DNA of 64,000 nt. Source: an uncultured bacterium (GTDB lineage Bacteria; Verrucomicrobiota; Verrucomicrobiia; Limisphaerales; UBA8199). Made by a program: the position numbers and the translations under genes. The stretch lies in assembly GCA_963749495.1 (NCBI GenBank), contig CAVVMW010000021.1, forward strand, positions 384,001-448,000. Reading direction: 5' to 3'. How positions within the stretch are numbered: the first letter of the stretch is position 1; the number at the start of each line of letters is the position of its first letter. Below the pieces are notes generated by a model that saw only the letters and a list, made by a program, of their open reading frames with translations, was not told the origin of the DNA and did no database searches. Of this stretch, positions 21,701-30,419 are shown piece by piece.

Positions 21701-22841
21701 GGTGGCGCGTCCGCCGCGCCAGCCACACGAAGACGCCCAGGACCGCCAGCGCCACCGCCAGGCCCGGCGCGCCTGTGATCGGCATCGAGATCAGCAGCAG
21801 CCACAACGCCGTGTACGCCGCATCGGTCGCAAACTCCTCGGCACGCTCCCGAGTCAGCGCGGCAAACGCCGCATAGGCCGCGATCGAGCAGCCGCCCACG
21901 ACGTGGAAGATGACGAACACCGCAGGGTTGGCCTCCAGGATGGCCAGCAGATGCCGCGTGCTCAGCAGCACGCCCCCGACATAGATGATGCTGTTGCCCA
22001 GAAACAGGTTCCGGCCCATGCGAAAGTCCCGGGCCGCGATGGCCACCTCGATCCCCATAGCGGCCACAATGAGCGTCTGGTGGTTGGTGAAGCACAGGCC
22101 GAAAAAGAACAGGGCATAGTAGAGGTAGCGCCGCTGAGAGGGGGCATACACCCAACGCTGCAAACAGAGCAGCACGATCACCAGCGAGAGCACGCTCAGG
22201 GAATAGACCTCGACGATGACCGATTGGCTCCACATGAAGCCGTTGTAACCCAGAAGCATGCCCGCCACGAACCCGGAGACCGTGCAGATGGCGCGCTCCC
22301 ACCGGCCGGCCAGCGTCTTGAGTTCCTCGATCCCCTCGATCAGGAGGCTGCTCCCGCGGCAGACCAGCAGGCCCAGCAACCCGGCCGCCAGCGCCCCGCT
22401 GGCCGCCTCGCCCAGCGCCACCCGCCAGGCGACGTTCCGCAACGGCACCAGCACCGTCCACAACCACGTGTAGAGCGTCCAGACCGGGTAGCCGGGCGCG
22501 TGGGGAATCCCGGCGTAAAACGAGCCGGTCGCCAGTTCGCCCGAATCCTCCAGCGTCACCTCCGGCGCCAGCGTCAGATAGTAGCCAAGCCAGACGGCTG
22601 CCGCAGTGACCAGGCACGTGAGCCAGTCAACCCGCCGGAACAGCGGCGCCGGTGCCGCAGCCAACGCGGCGGACTGCCCGGGCGCCGAGGAGGGCAACGG
22701 TGGTGCGTTCTGGTTAATCAAATCTCTCTGCCCCCATGTTTTTGCCTGCTCTTGTTTTTGGCTGGGGCTGGCCGCTACCAGCGCCTGCGCGAGTCGAAGA
22801 CGGCGCTGACGGGCGAGGTCGTCCCGTTGCGGACGGTCCAT
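18726..22841 (-). CDS. DUF2723 (TMEM260-like GT-C glycosyltransferase) multi-pass membrane protein with C-terminal TPRs; start uncertain
   Basis: DSGEL, GIPHAPGYP, EVYSL and NH motifs, many TM helices, and TPR-like repeats at the C-terminus. Confidence 0.85.
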   Translation of the reverse strand: MDRPQRDDLARQRRLRLAQALVAASPSQKQEQAKTWGQRDLINQNAPPLPSSAPGQSAALAAAPAPLFRRVDWLTCLVTAAAVWLGYYLTLAPEVTLEDSGELATGSFYAGIPHAPGYPVWTLYTWLWTVLVPLRNVAWRVALGEAASGALAAGLLGLLVCRGSSLLIEGIEELKTLAGRWERAICTVSGFVAGMLLGYNGFMWSQSVIVEVYSLSVLSLVIVLLCLQRWVYAPSQRRYLYYALFFFGLCFTNHQTLIVAAMGIEVAIAARDFRMGRNLFLGNSIIYVGGVLLSTRHLLAILEANPAVFVIFHVVGGCSIAAYAAFAALTRERAEEFATDAAYTALWLLLISMPITGAPGLAVALAVLGVFVWLARRTRHLGNEWSVVLVCGLCWLVGAAFYFYMPLACMSNPPMEWAYPRTVDGFIHALTRGQYEKTHPTDIFGHPGVFLWQLTSLGKGIIEEFNWVYAFLALVPFVFFRKLHRRERAWLIGIVAMYLCMGVLLLILLNPPPDRNAQALVRVFFTASHTFIALLMGYGLTLIAAYMATHYERFRAWGLAGGLAAAALAALSLAELTQSTYFGEDTEMGVGRLLRFIGEVFTNPNQYGLPVYAGLILLAMTLVFLAAAWFYRQRAPLALTLSLFALMPLHSILTHWSDNEQRGHWFGYWYGHDMFSPPFQGSEHKPLYPEMARDAILFGGTDAGRFCPTYMIFCESFIPPRCKPQDPSFDRRDVYIITQNALADPPYLNYIRAQYSRSQQFDPPFFEEGLRQIFRDKPDETNIFARAGLPLDRFFTRLGERIEKRRRTYTSWFSQGDFTDLPAFAARLCPGPGQDPVSKCLYANLAPSTRQLLAAKPDGPGLRRNLVQDLNRLLERELVDRGAPPGPLYEPERFKQVVISPYLAEFISQNPKGDTRIRLNRLLLEAAYPKELARSLGGVYPDREIVTPTEAEALRCTQEYLVNARERLHSNKLDPGEDIVELPNGQVQIHGQFGVMAVNGLLTKVIFDRNPSREFYVEESMPIKWMYPYLTPYGIIMKLNRQPPPELTEEMVQRDHQFWTQYSARLIGNWITYDTSIQEIVAWVERVYRRRDFTGFTGDRRFIRDDDAQKVYSKLRSAIAGIYNYRLFNTAKPGPEQQRLIKELDFTLRQAFAFCPFNLEAVGRYVQFLANLQRFDDALLIANTCLKLDPNNGQTVTIINSLQKWKAEAGKRTGTTQSIPQLEKAVQDNPTNFQAAFDLAVSLLQLRQTNRAVEVLDRVLHNPQVNYAALDVLAQAFVQIGDIPRLGATLELALKLSPDSPEAWFNVAAFKAAIDNAPEAMTHLRRTLELNAQRLKRDPRARDLLREAQKDPRLGPLMRRPDFQQPPAPGK

Positions 22842-23161
22842 TCATAGGCGTCGGCGGGGAGGCGGTTTTCGGTGCGCGACAAGTTGCCGGCAATGAAGGC
22901 GGCGGCGCTTTGGTTGCTGAGGATGACGGCGACCATCGGTCCGGCATTGGAAGGGCTGAGGAAGGGGTTGCTATGATGAGAGAGGAAGAGCCCCAGCAAC
23001 ATGAGGCCTACGGTGGCGGGAGCCAGCCAGTCGAGCCGGAAGGCGGGCAGCGTCTCGGCCATGGCCGGGCGCGGAGCGAAGAGCCGCCGCTCAAGACTCG
23101 CCGAGGGGCGGCGCGGCGCCCACGAGCGCAACTGGGCTTCCAAATCGTTCATCTCGTTCAT
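22775..23161 (-). CDS. Putative anti-sigma factor / small membrane protein
   Basis: Overlaps the ECF sigma 3' end; one TM segment. Confidence 0.6.
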   Translation of the reverse strand: MNEMNDLEAQLRSWAPRRPSASLERRLFAPRPAMAETLPAFRLDWLAPATVGLMLLGLFLSHHSNPFLSPSNAGPMVAVILSNQSAAAFIAGNLSRTENRLPADAYEWTVRNGTTSPVSAVFDSRRRW

Positions 23162-23663
23162 ACTCGACCTCCGTTCGTTCCAGGTGCCGCCGCAGTTTCT
23201 GCAGGCCGTAACGGTAACGGCCGGCGGCGGTGTTTGGGGATATTTCGAGCAACTCTCCGATCTCCTCGAAGGTGTACTCGTGCCAGATCTTCAGGACAAT
23301 GACCTCCCGCTGTTCCCGGGGCAGGCCGGCCAACGAGCGCATCGCTTCCCGTTCGGCCGGCGTCTCGGAGGGGGAGGCCTCGAACCAGTTGGCGGCCTCC
23401 CACTCGCGGGCCAGCCGCCGCCAAAGGCTGCGCCGATAGTTCAACGCCCGGTTGCGAAAGCTGCGCACGCAGTAGTGCTCCGGCAGGGCAGGGGACTGGC
23501 TGCGGCGCATAAGCGCCAGAAACGTCTCTTGCAGGACGTCTTCGGCTTCGCTATGGCTCAGCCCCAGCGCCCGGCCATACAGGATCAACTCGGAGGCCTT
23601 GGCATGATACAAGGCCTCGCACCAGCCGCATGGTTCGCCAGCAGTCACATTCCAAGCATTCAC
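23091..23663 (-). CDS. ECF RNA polymerase sigma-70 factor
   Basis: AEDVLQETF; region 4 LPREQREVIVLKIW...TFEEIGELLEIS.NT...RY. Confidence 0.9.
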   Translation of the reverse strand: MNAWNVTAGEPCGWCEALYHAKASELILYGRALGLSHSEAEDVLQETFLALMRRSQSPALPEHYCVRSFRNRALNYRRSLWRRLAREWEAANWFEASPSETPAEREAMRSLAGLPREQREVIVLKIWHEYTFEEIGELLEISPNTAAGRYRYGLQKLRRHLERTEVEYERDERFGSPVALVGAAPPLGES

Positions 23664-23778
23664 TGAATAGACACCAAACGCCAGTGATTTGTATAACCGA
23701 ATTCCGCGGATTTGGGAAGGGGGTAATCAATGGGCGCAACTCAGTTTCTGGCAACCCGCGGCGATTGGTCGCCCCTTG

Positions 23779-23925
23779 CCCCTCACCCCGGCCCTCTCCC
23801 CGTCTGACGGGGAGAGGGAGCAGCAAAGCGCGGTTCTCCCAAATTCCAGCGCCGCGTGATTCGTCAACAGACGGGCGGCGATCCTCCCTCTCCCCATCGG
23901 ATGGGGAGAGGGCCGGGGTGAGGGG
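23779..23925. repeat. Double-hairpin element CCCTCACCCCGGCCCTCTCCC...GGGAGAGGG
   Basis: Copies at ~32015-32160, 33668-33814, 35723-35896 and 39192-39338. Confidence 0.9.
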
Positions 23926-25297
23926 AAACCCCGCCCTCGGCGCCAACGATGGCGCTTCCCTGTTCCAGCAGGTCCCGGATCTCGGCGGCGGTCTTGTGCC
24001 CGGCGCGGTATTGTGCTCGCAGCTTGATCAGTCGATTCAGTTTGTCCGCGGGCGCGCCCTGTTCCAGTTCGATATACTCGATGCTCCGGTAGCGCGTCCG
24101 GGGCGTGGGCCGGTGCTCCTGCCGGCCCAGGCCCGCCTTGGCGCCATCCACCAGCATGGCCGGCGGCGGGTACTCCTTGACCTGCTGTGGCAGCGATTCG
24201 GTGACGTGGTCGAAGATGACGCTGTCCATCGCCACCGGGTCGGTCCCGAGCAGCAGGCAATTGGGGGAGCGCCCCCCGAACTGCTTCCACCCGGTGGGCG
24301 GGTTGCCGCCCCAGTTCCAGCCCGCGAAAATGCCGTCGCACACAATCAGCCGCGTCTTGGCGCCCACGTGGGGGTTCATCCAGATGTCCACGGCCGGGTT
24401 GTTCTGGCTGTGGAACATGGCGCCCTTTTGGCCCTCGCCGTTGTAGCGCGGCTCGTGAAAATAGGCGCAACTGGCGATGGTGCCGAAGTTGTTCTTGAAC
24501 GCGCCCGTCACGCCCGCCGAATCGTGGCGCTTCATGATCGGCAGATTGATGAAATGGGCGGCGCCGATGAGCTGGTCCGGGACGCGGTGGCTGGTGACCC
24601 GTTGCTTGCGCCGGTCAATGACCGGGTCGCGGAATTGGACCACGGCATGGGGATCGTTGCTGGTCCAGGTGATGCCGTTGCCGTCGGGCACATACGAGGA
24701 GCGGAAAAGGGCCACATTGGGGAAGGCCGCCTTGATCTTCCTGGCCAGCCGGTCCGGAGTCAGCCGCGGCGTGCGCCGCCCGGGGTCCGGGTCCCCCTCC
24801 GACCAACTGGCGTCGCCGATGCCGATGTGGTCCTGCGGCACGCCCAATCGCGTGAGCGCCCGGAGCACCGCGTTGATCGGCTCGGCAATCGCGTCCGTGT
24901 CGTTGTAATGCGTGTCCCAGGCGATCTTGTCCCACTCGCCTTTCCACATGTCGTAAGTGGTGGTCGTGTTGATCTTGATAAAGACGCGCTCGCCCGGCTG
25001 GTAGGGCACCAGCCGCCGCATGGCCTGGTCCGCGCCGCTCTCGCCGGTCAGGGCGCACAGGGCCGAGTCGAACATGGCGCACACGGCCTTCTGGCTCACG
25101 AAATTGCCGTAATACGTCTCCCGCGCGCCCTGCTGAAACTCGAAGTCCAGCACGTCAAAGAAGCTGGCCAGCGGATTGTGTACCCTCACGATGCGGTGCT
25201 CCCAGCGGACGGCGCCAGCCGACGCCGGCCCGGGCCACAGCGCGGCCCCCGCGGCCACAGCCGACACCTTCAGAAATTCACGGCGGTTCAGTTGCAT
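23864..25297 (-). CDS. Tat-exported DUF362 protein
   Basis: NRREFLK twin-arginine signal; V.IKIN, INLPIMKRH, VTGAFKN.FG and DPVAMD. Confidence 0.8.
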   Translation of the reverse strand: MQLNRREFLKVSAVAAGAALWPGPASAGAVRWEHRIVRVHNPLASFFDVLDFEFQQGARETYYGNFVSQKAVCAMFDSALCALTGESGADQAMRRLVPYQPGERVFIKINTTTTYDMWKGEWDKIAWDTHYNDTDAIAEPINAVLRALTRLGVPQDHIGIGDASWSEGDPDPGRRTPRLTPDRLARKIKAAFPNVALFRSSYVPDGNGITWTSNDPHAVVQFRDPVIDRRKQRVTSHRVPDQLIGAAHFINLPIMKRHDSAGVTGAFKNNFGTIASCAYFHEPRYNGEGQKGAMFHSQNNPAVDIWMNPHVGAKTRLIVCDGIFAGWNWGGNPPTGWKQFGGRSPNCLLLGTDPVAMDSVIFDHVTESLPQQVKEYPPPAMLVDGAKAGLGRQEHRPTPRTRYRSIEYIELEQGAPADKLNRLIKLRAQYRAGHKTAAEIRDLLEQGSAIVGAEGGVSPHPGPLPIRWGEGGSPPVC

Positions 25298-25396
25298 ATA
25301 AGCTTGGGAGGAGCATAGGGCAGATCGGTCGGCCGGTTCAAGGGCCGAGTGGCGGGGGACGCGATTAAAAGCGTCGGGCATGCGCCTCGGGGGTTT

Positions 25397-25585
25397 TGTC
25401 CCGGAGGGACATCTGACAGTAGCCCGGCGTTTCAACGCCGGGAAGGCCGCAAAAGGGACGCTCGTCCCGAAGGGACGACTGAAAACACTCCTTGCTCTCA
25501 GCCGTCCCTTCGGGACGGACCGGCTCCTTTGGTCCGCTCACCCGGCGTTGAAACGCCGGGCCATTGTCGGAAGCCCCTTCGGGGC
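25397..25585. repeat. Palindromic element (CCCGGCGTTTCAACGCCGGG / GTCCCGGAGGGAC family)
   Basis: Related copy at 30666-30869. Confidence 0.8.
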
Positions 25586-25697
25586 AAGAAAGCGCCGTGC
25601 GCTGACCGACAGTCTTGATCACACCTGTGTCGAGGGACGAGGGACGAGGGACGGTCGCCCAGCGTTGTCGAGGCCAGTGTCGTGTGTGATTGAATTG

Positions 25698-25980
25698 TCA
25701 GTGGGCCGCCAGCCAGGTCGTCAGGTCCTGGCGGGATGTGAAGTCCACCAAGGCCTCCCCAAGGTCTCCAAGTTGCTCGAAGGAGAATTGGCCGATGCGC
25801 GCCTCCCATTCGGGCTCCAGCGGGCCAAACCGTTTTCGTAACTGCCGCAGGACGAGTTGGCGCTCCTGTTCGCGCCCAATTTCAATGCCCTTCTCTTCCC
25901 AAACTGGTCGTCAGTTCCATAATGCTGGCCTTTTCGCTTTCTCCGAGCAATGTAGCGGCCTGGCGATCCAAAAGCAATGT
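25698..25980 (-). pseudogene. DUF4351 / Rpn-family C-terminal fragment, frameshifted
   Basis: IMELTTS, then shifted WEEKGIEIGREQERQLVLRQLRKRFG...EQLGDLGEALVDFTSRQDLTTWL. Confidence 0.65.
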
Positions 25981-26122
25981 TCCGTGCCTGTTGCGCCGTG
26001 AGCACGCGCCGATGAACCGTGAACAAGGCCGGGCTGCCGGATGGTTGAGGCTGCGCGCTTGCACGCTTTGGCGCAAAACTTCGCCCTTGCATTTGCCTTA
26101 CGGCGTAATAGGAATTCAAGCC

Positions 26123-26446
26123 ATGAACCGCAAAGACATCGAATTCGACGCCGAGGCGCTGGTCGGGAGTGTGGAGGCGCTGGCTGCCCACGTTCGCGGT
26201 GAGCGCAAGCTCACGTTGCGCACCCGTGCCATGGCACTGCCGGGACCCATTCGAGCGCTCCGTCCCAAGGACGTGGCTGCCCTTCACCGCCGGCTCAACG
26301 TGAGCCAGTCGGTTTTTGCCGCCCTGCTCAATGTGCCCAAAGTCACCGCCATCAGTTGGGAGAAAGGGCGGCGCAAGCCCACCGGCGCCGCCCTGCGCCT
26401 CCTCGATCTGGTTCGCAAGAAACCTGACATTCTTCAGGGCGCGTAA
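26123..26446 (+). CDS. XRE HTH protein, HigA-like antitoxin (orphan)
   Basis: LNVSQSVFAALLNV...SWEKGRRKPTGAALRLL. Confidence 0.85.
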   Translation: MNRKDIEFDAEALVGSVEALAAHVRGERKLTLRTRAMALPGPIRALRPKDVAALHRRLNVSQSVFAALLNVPKVTAISWEKGRRKPTGAALRLLDLVRKKPDILQGA

Positions 26447-26504
26447 AGCAACGCGCCGAGAAAGTCGGCCTCAAAGAGTAGCAGATCCAGCCAGGGGCGT
26501 CGGG

Positions 26505-26875
26505 TTAGCGCGTGAGCGGCGGGCGGAAGCGTACGCGGCCGGCTTCCAAGATGACCAAGTGCCCTGGGACCGACTCGACCAGGGCGGCCTGTTTCAGGAA
26601 CCGATCCAGTAAACCGACAATCTGTGGGGCGGCCGCATCGTCGGGCAACCGCATCACCACAAGCCCTGCGTAATCGGACGGAGGATAGCAGCGGACATCG
26701 GCAAAATCCAGATCACGGGTCAACAAAACGGAGCCGGTGCTGCGAGCGTGGGTGGCAATCTGGGTATCGGGTGCGGCCCGAGGCCAAGGTCACGGGCATC
26801 GTCGGCTGTATGGCCAAACCGCTGGAGCAAAGCCAGCGCCGAACGCGGCAGGTTGGCATCCACCAGGAAGCGCAT
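26505..26875 (-). CDS. DUF5615 PIN-like toxin; 1-base deletion near 26778
   Basis: MRFLVDANLP...; then, after the shift, APDTQI...LLTRDLDF; downstream of the DUF433 gene. Confidence 0.75.
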
Positions 26876-26884
26876 GGCCCGACC

Positions 26885-27112
26885 TTAGGCGGCGAGTGGA
26901 TGAAAGGATTCTTGCTCGGCCAATTCGCCAACGAACTTGAGCGCCGCTCGAATGTCCTCCACACTGAGATCGTATTCGCGCTGGACTTCCTCGAATGTCA
27001 TACCGCCGGCAAGACTGCCGACAACGAGTGTGACCGGCATTCGAGTGCCGCGAATCACCGGCTTGCCGTGACAGATAGCCGGGTCAATGACAATACGATC
27101 GTGACCTTTCAT
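26885..27112 (-). CDS. DUF433 antitoxin
   Basis: IDPAICHGKPVIRGTRMPV...EDIRAAL. Confidence 0.9.
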   Translation of the reverse strand: MKGHDRIVIDPAICHGKPVIRGTRMPVTLVVGSLAGGMTFEEVQREYDLSVEDIRAALKFVGELAEQESFHPLAA

Positions 27113-27312
27113 AAAGTCAGGATAACGGTTTAAGCCCTGGAATGGTAGGGGAAAGGAGGAGGCTCTTAACTAAATATAACAAACATTGTGCGAAATTACA
27201 CTGTGCAACAAATTGAAAAGCGATATACGACCCGAGGCGGCTTGCCGCCCAAATCCGTTCTTGGCGAACGTCCGCGATAGGTGTAAGTTTTCTGGCGGAA
27301 AAAAAGTGCATT

Positions 27313-27564
27313 ATGAGCGTCACCATTGAATTGGATTTGCCCGAGGAACTCATCCGACAAGCGCGCGAAATGGGTTTGCTGGACAACCGTCGGGTGGCTG
27401 AATTGCTGGCTGACGAAGTGCGCCGCCGGAGCGCCGGGCACGAATTGAAGAAGGTGCTGGACGAGATTCGTTCCGTGCCGGGCGAACCGTTGACCATGGA
27501 CGAGATTGGCGCCGAAATAAAGGCCGCCCGGGCGGAGCGGCGCGCGCGTGAAGCTCGTCGTTGA
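27313..27564 (+). CDS. Putative antitoxin
   Basis: 83 aa; overlaps the downstream PIN gene; ends M.EI.AEIKAAR. Confidence 0.65.
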   Translation: MSVTIELDLPEELIRQAREMGLLDNRRVAELLADEVRRRSAGHELKKVLDEIRSVPGEPLTMDEIGAEIKAARAERRAREARR

Positions 27565-27730
27565 TATAAATGTGCTCGTGTCGGGTTCGCTGTGGAGGGG
27601 AAACCCTTCGCGACTAGTGGACGCGCTGCTTGAGGGCTCAGCCACGCTCTGCGCCTCTGCCCTTGTCATGGCGGAATTCGAGGAGGTGATCCAACGAGAC
27701 AAATTCCAAGAGCGAATGGAGCAACGGACA
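27548..27730 (+). pseudogene. Truncated PIN-domain toxin
   Basis: MKLVVDINVLVSGSLWRGNP...EFEEVI.R.KF, then unrelated sequence. Confidence 0.65.
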
Positions 27731-28051
27731 CGGACCGCAGTGCGGGCTGGAGAACACCAGGAGCACGCGACTGCCGCGCAGGCCCTTCCAGCGCCAACTC
27801 GGTTCCGTCCAGCCGCGGCAGGCGGAAGTCGGGCGCGGGCGTGCCAGGTCAAGAGCTGTGCAAAGAAGTCCTGGGTTGCGTCTTCGGGGTCCGATGGCGA
27901 GTGTCCGCTGCGGCGGATGAAGGCGCAGGGAGCGCACCCATGTGCCGCGCAGAATTCAGCCGGCGCTCGTTCCGAACTCGGCGAGCCACGCTTGCAGATT
28001 GCTGAGGCCAACTCATGGAGTTGATCGGCTTGTACGTCATCCCCGAGTCTC

Positions 28052-28525
28052 CTAATCCTTCACGAACACGACTTCCATCCCCTCAGCCGCCGCAATCCTG
28101 GCCTGGCACGCGTCCGTCGAAAGAAAAAGCTCACATTCCAACTCGATGGCGAATGCCAGGTGCAACAGATCCAGGCTCTTGGCCCCGGTGGTTTCAGTGT
28201 GCTTGAGGGACAAACTCCTGGCCCTGGCACAAGCCGCGTCCCAATCTCCACTGGTTTCGACCAGCGCGCCGCGGGCACTGAGGTGCGAGAGACGGTGCAG
28301 CGCGGCCGCCGCGTCCCGGGTCACTTGGGACCGCTCCCGCGAGCCCACCGAGTTTCTGAGGTCAAACGCCCTCGCCCGGATAGCGTTCTCGGCCTCAAGC
28401 GCGTGCAGAGGCAGAAATGGCAGAGCGGGCCTGCCGAGCCGGCGAAACTGGGCCACTGCCTCGTCGGTGCCGGCCTCGCGGGCGATTAGCTTAACGACGA
28501 AGCTGGTATCGGCATACACTCTCAT
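28052..28525 (-). CDS. VapC-like PIN toxin
   Basis: YADTS, E..NA, SLDLLHLA and STD..Q. Confidence 0.85.
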   Translation of the reverse strand: MRVYADTSFVVKLIAREAGTDEAVAQFRRLGRPALPFLPLHALEAENAIRARAFDLRNSVGSRERSQVTRDAAAALHRLSHLSARGALVETSGDWDAACARARSLSLKHTETTGAKSLDLLHLAFAIELECELFLSTDACQARIAAAEGMEVVFVKD

Positions 28526-28764
28526 CGGCGGGCATCCTTGATGATCCTTGAAAGGCTGAGAGGGGACGCCGGTTGGCGCAGAACTTCATCCAGCAGTTCA
28601 TCGATGGCACTGGCGCGCTCCGGGGCGTCGCCTTGCGCAACGGCCGGCTGTAAAATCCAGAGCGGCCGCCCTCGATCGGTGATCTGGACCGGCTGCCCGG
28701 CTCGGGTGATTCTCTTCACCCGGATGGGTTCTCTGAGCAGTTGACGAAGCGGAATGGATTTCAT
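28522..28764 (-). CDS. Phd/YefM-type antitoxin
   Basis: MKSIPLRQL...GQPVQITDRGRP; ATGA overlap with the toxin gene. Confidence 0.8.
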   Translation of the reverse strand: MKSIPLRQLLREPIRVKRITRAGQPVQITDRGRPLWILQPAVAQGDAPERASAIDELLDEVLRQPASPLSLSRIIKDARR

Positions 28765-28799
28765 CTTGTCTGACGTTATCGTCAGACGAGCCGCGTGTC

Positions 28800-29020
28800 A
28801 ACCTCAGAATCGGTATCACCGAATACGATTGGGGCGCCGAAAGCCACAACAACTGCGCTACCTCGCGGGCCGCTATCCTCGGCATCTTCGGGCGCGAGGG
28901 CTTCGACCTCGCCACCCGCTGGACGGCGCCAAGTGCCGACACGCCCGCCTACGCGGCAATCCAGACTTGCCGCGATTACGACGTTAACAGGTTCGGCTTC
29001 GGCGACACGAGCGTCCAGAC
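28800..29020 (+). pseudogene. Internal fragment of a GH44 endoglucanase
   Basis: Frame not in the ORF track: RIGITEYDWGAESHNN...ILGIFGREGFDLATRW...RDYD...FGDTSV. Confidence 0.7.
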
Positions 29021-29349
29021 CGGCTTGGCTCCAGCAGTGGCACGCGGGCCGGTGCTTCGGGTCATACGTTGACCCGGTGCTGCTGCTGGGGCTGCGCCGT
29101 TTCTGTTGCGAACGTGGTATGGCGTTCGAGAGCTCCGCAACCACCGGCAAATGGGATGGTTCCAAAGCTGAGCGCCGGGCAGGCGCAAATATCGGTGAAT
29201 CCCTGAACGTCCCCTGCCCAGCCTGAGGTCCCCCGTGGACAGCGTGTCCGACTAGGGCGAACAAGCGGCGCTTTCAGCATGTTTCCCGCGTCCCCACACG
29301 CTACGCGGCGCGGAGCGCACCCCAAGAGCAGTTTTGGCTTGCAACAAAC

Positions 29350-29547
29350 TTAGTGCGTTGGCTCCGAGGCGCGCTCCAGTGAATCAGGTGGGAAAGCGTC
29401 GGATTTTTTTTCGCCTTGGGGGTTGAACCAGGTGCAGGTAACATGCCATTCGCCGGTAACGTCGCCTTGCCAATTGGGTTTGGTGACGGTCATTACGGGT
29501 CCACCGGATTTGAGTATTACTCTGTCGCCGACTTTCCATGTATTCAT
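29350..29547 (-). CDS. YodC/DUF2158 family small protein
   Basis: KVGDRVILKSGGPVMTV...CTWF...FP..SL. Confidence 0.85.
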   Translation of the reverse strand: MNTWKVGDRVILKSGGPVMTVTKPNWQGDVTGEWHVTCTWFNPQGEKKSDAFPPDSLERASEPTH

Positions 29548-29584
29548 GTTTAGTGGATAGCCCTTTTTGAAGCGCCGGGCAATA

Positions 29585-29959
29585 CTATTCCGGCTCCATG
29601 TGCCGAAGTCTTAACTTGCCGGCCTCCATCAATTCAGCAACCAGCTTATGGCCGGCCTGTGCTTCCTCGCGCGTCCTGTAGGACTTGAAGTAAAGATCCC
29701 TGTTAAAGTCGTGAGCCCTAACCGACCCAGAGCGGTCGCAACGGAAAACTTGCGTGAAGAACCCTTCCTCACCACAAGCAATTTCCCCAAATGCTTTTCC
29801 AGTCTTGAGACTCTCCGTCAATCGTGCCAAATCGGATCGACCATCGGAATATATGGTTGAGACGAGGTAAAACCGGCACGGCACCCACGCAGCAACGATG
29901 GCCTGGCCGATAATGGGCGGCTTGGGATCCGGATTGTGGAGAATCCATCGCGCTTTCAT
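29585..29959 (-). CDS. Hypothetical protein
   Basis: 124-aa ORF of lower GC, co-directional with its neighbours. Confidence 0.55.
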   Translation of the reverse strand: MKARWILHNPDPKPPIIGQAIVAAWVPCRFYLVSTIYSDGRSDLARLTESLKTGKAFGEIACGEEGFFTQVFRCDRSGSVRAHDFNRDLYFKSYRTREEAQAGHKLVAELMEAGKLRLRHMEPE

Positions 29960-30053
29960 GGCGCTCCATTACGCCGAAAACCGATGAAATCGCAAGCCTA
30001 AATGCTCGGCCGGCAAAGGCGGCCGATGTGACTTGCGCGCTGGGGGGCCTGAG

Positions 30054-30419
30054 TTAGTGTGAGGGGGGTTCTGGCCCGGTGTGGAATCCGATTTCCCTCG
30101 GGGGCTTGTTTTCTGCGGTTTTGGAAACCGTTATGAAAATGGACAGTTGCTCCACGGGGCAAAAGATTACGTTAAAGGTGTCCTCGAGTGCGGCGGTGAC
30201 GATGTAAAGGCATTCGGAGGAATAGGGCGAGAGCTTTGCTACGGGATAAAGGCTTCCGCCAATACAGCAGGTGAGTTCGACGGTCTGGTCTGCGCCGAGA
30301 TTGTTCTTCAGCAGCTTGTATTTGGAAGCGGCTTCGGCAACCAGGTTGCTAGCCTTGATGGTGCCTCCCTGCTTGATTGGGAATGCGAGGTGAGTGGATT
30401 CGGGGTCAAGTTTCTTCAT
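30054..30419 (-). CDS. Hypothetical protein
   Basis: Lower-GC ORF ending ...PPREIGF. Confidence 0.5.
   Translation of the reverse strand: MKKLDPESTHLAFPIKQGGTIKASNLVAEAASKYKLLKNNLGADQTVELTCCIGGSLYPVAKLSPYSSECLYIVTAALEDTFNVIFCPVEQLSIFITVSKTAENKPPREIGFHTGPEPPSH

Noticed and set aside
18525..22847. 1440-aa plus-strand ORF, and similar long antisense ORFs such as 14231-16636 and 34045-35685
   Set aside because: Shadow ORFs opposite recognisable genes in GC-rich DNA, with no recognisable motifs.
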